DNA of 63,523 bases, filler included, from Octopus bimaculoides (lineage: Eukaryota): NCBI RefSeq assembly GCF_001194135.2. It is 8 parts of 8 records of this genome, joined end to end, with 100 filler letters (N's around TTAATTAATTAA, not from the genome) between each part and the next. Parts side by side here need not be neighbours in the genome. Positions count along the whole stretch, not along the records: positions 60,561 to 63,523 come from NC_068985.1; 7 more parts are not named here. One strand, 5' to 3'. The notes below the pieces were generated by a model, which saw only the letters and a list, made by a program, of their open reading frames with translations, did no database searches and was not told the DNA's origin. Shown here one piece after another: positions 62,357 through 63,523 of the stretch; within the stretch, counting starts at the first letter, position 1; every line of letters starts with the position of its first letter. The position numbers were made by a program, and so were the translations under genes.

Positions 62357-62432
<76 letters not shown>
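61224..62432. repeat. (ATT)n microsatellite spanning an about 800-N gap
   Basis: Directly visible; source of the poly-I/Y/L ORFs. Confidence 0.95.
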
Positions 62433-62706
62433 CCTTGTGGTTGTTGCCGTTACATTTATTCTCCTTGTAATTCTATTATTATTATTTCTATTATTATTCT
62501 TGCTGTTATCTCTCTTGTTGGCTTTCGTTAATCGTGTATCACATTTATACTCCGATTCTTAAAATTTTCAAATTATCAATTATAATTCATTTTGTGAGAA
62601 TAGTTTTTTTCATTATATTTTAATATCTTAATATCATTTATTTTTCATACAATGAACTACATTTTCGACTATTTTCTGTAGAAACACAACAGCAATATAT
62701 TTATTC

Positions 62707-62737
<31 letters not shown>

Positions 62738-62987
62738 TGTATGGATTGATAGATAAGTTAGATAGATACATACATATATGTGTGTAAATACACAGATATA
62801 TATATANNNNNNNNNNATCATCATCATCATCATCATCATTGTTATGAGAGCAGCGCATGCCATCAAAGTGACACTGAAGCAAATTATACGAAGCTCAATA
62901 AACTCATCAGGACCACCCGTCTGATAACGTTACACCAGCCACATGCATCACAACCATATATGCGCGACATGGTGGTCTTATATAAAG

Positions 62988-63523
62988 ACTAGCTGTTTTT
63001 CCCGGCTTCACTCGGGCAGTGTGGTGGATTTGGTTAAAGGCTATTTCCTATGTATATTTTGAATAATAAAAAGAACTAAAAATTAAAAAAAAATTCCCAA
63101 AACAAAAAAAAAGTAAGAACAACTCCAAAACAATACGATGCTAAGGATTTTGCGGGTCGATATTGTAAAACTAACTTCACGTGTGTACCCATAGCCCCAT
63201 GTAGTCACGGAACCTTATTTGTGGTATAACCTCGCCTTAAAAGAAAAATATATGGTAGTGCGGTTGTTGTATTGGCGACACAAGATCAATCATAGGTTGG
63301 ACGTTCATGTACACTGATTAGAATTGTGAATTTCAATTATTGAAAACGCGTTCCCGGGTGGATACAATTGTGCAGAGTCCGTTTGTCTCAATATGGAAAA
63401 GCTATTTGAATGTCGACGTTTGAAGACATTTGTAACTGAAGTTAAAAAAAAACATAGTAATTAGAAAGAGCGTAAGCTATAGCTTCTTTTTTAATGCACA
63501 AAAAATTGAAATTATTTTTTTCT
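62988..63523 (+). mobile_element. Putative Helentron/HINE-like element, 5' part (runs off window)
   Basis: Starts ACTAGCTGTTTTT followed by the hairpin CCCG-GCTTCACT-CGGG (63001-63016), the ACTAG..CCCG..CGGG 5' signature of Lep1/Helentron-type elements. Confidence 0.55.

Noticed and set aside
61166-62562. Longest ORFs in the track (300-440 aa)
   Set aside because: Mostly N gap plus (ATT)n.

Overview
AT-rich, gap-ridden eukaryotic genomic DNA. It is most likely an octopus/cephalopod draft assembly, inferred from its SINE families and very dense (TA)n/(CA)n/(TATG)n/(ATT)n microsatellites. It is really eight blocks joined by artificial 100-bp spacers (44 N + TTAATTAATTAA + 44 N), so adjacency across spacers is not guaranteed. 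The only host-gene coding sequence I can support is two phase-0 exons (22671-22793, 24846-24959, +) of a SCY1-like pseudokinase (SCYL2-like) HEAT-repeat region. Everything else recognisable is repeat-derived: at least three tRNA-type SINE families, internally deleted Tc1/mariner elements and MITEs, a DD36E Tc1, Penelope-like RT and GIY-YIG fragments, RTE, L1/Tx1-like and CR1-like LINE remnants, a Helentron-like non-autonomous element, a cluster of R4/Dong-type (RLE) retrotransposons and a 6.8-kb TACG-based satellite. Most ORFs in the supplied track are microsatellite or gap artefacts. The most interesting signals are: (1) small elements carrying minimal type I hammerhead-ribozyme cores, including a family with 27-bp terminal inverted repeats flanked by (TA)n; (2) RLE retrotransposons stacked head-to-tail at (CATA)n repeats; (3) the CpG-rich, near-palindromic 28-bp satellite with an internal strand flip; (4) a 167-nt AG-exclusion zone before the second SCYL2-like exon. 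No database search or folding was run; family names come from recognised motifs.
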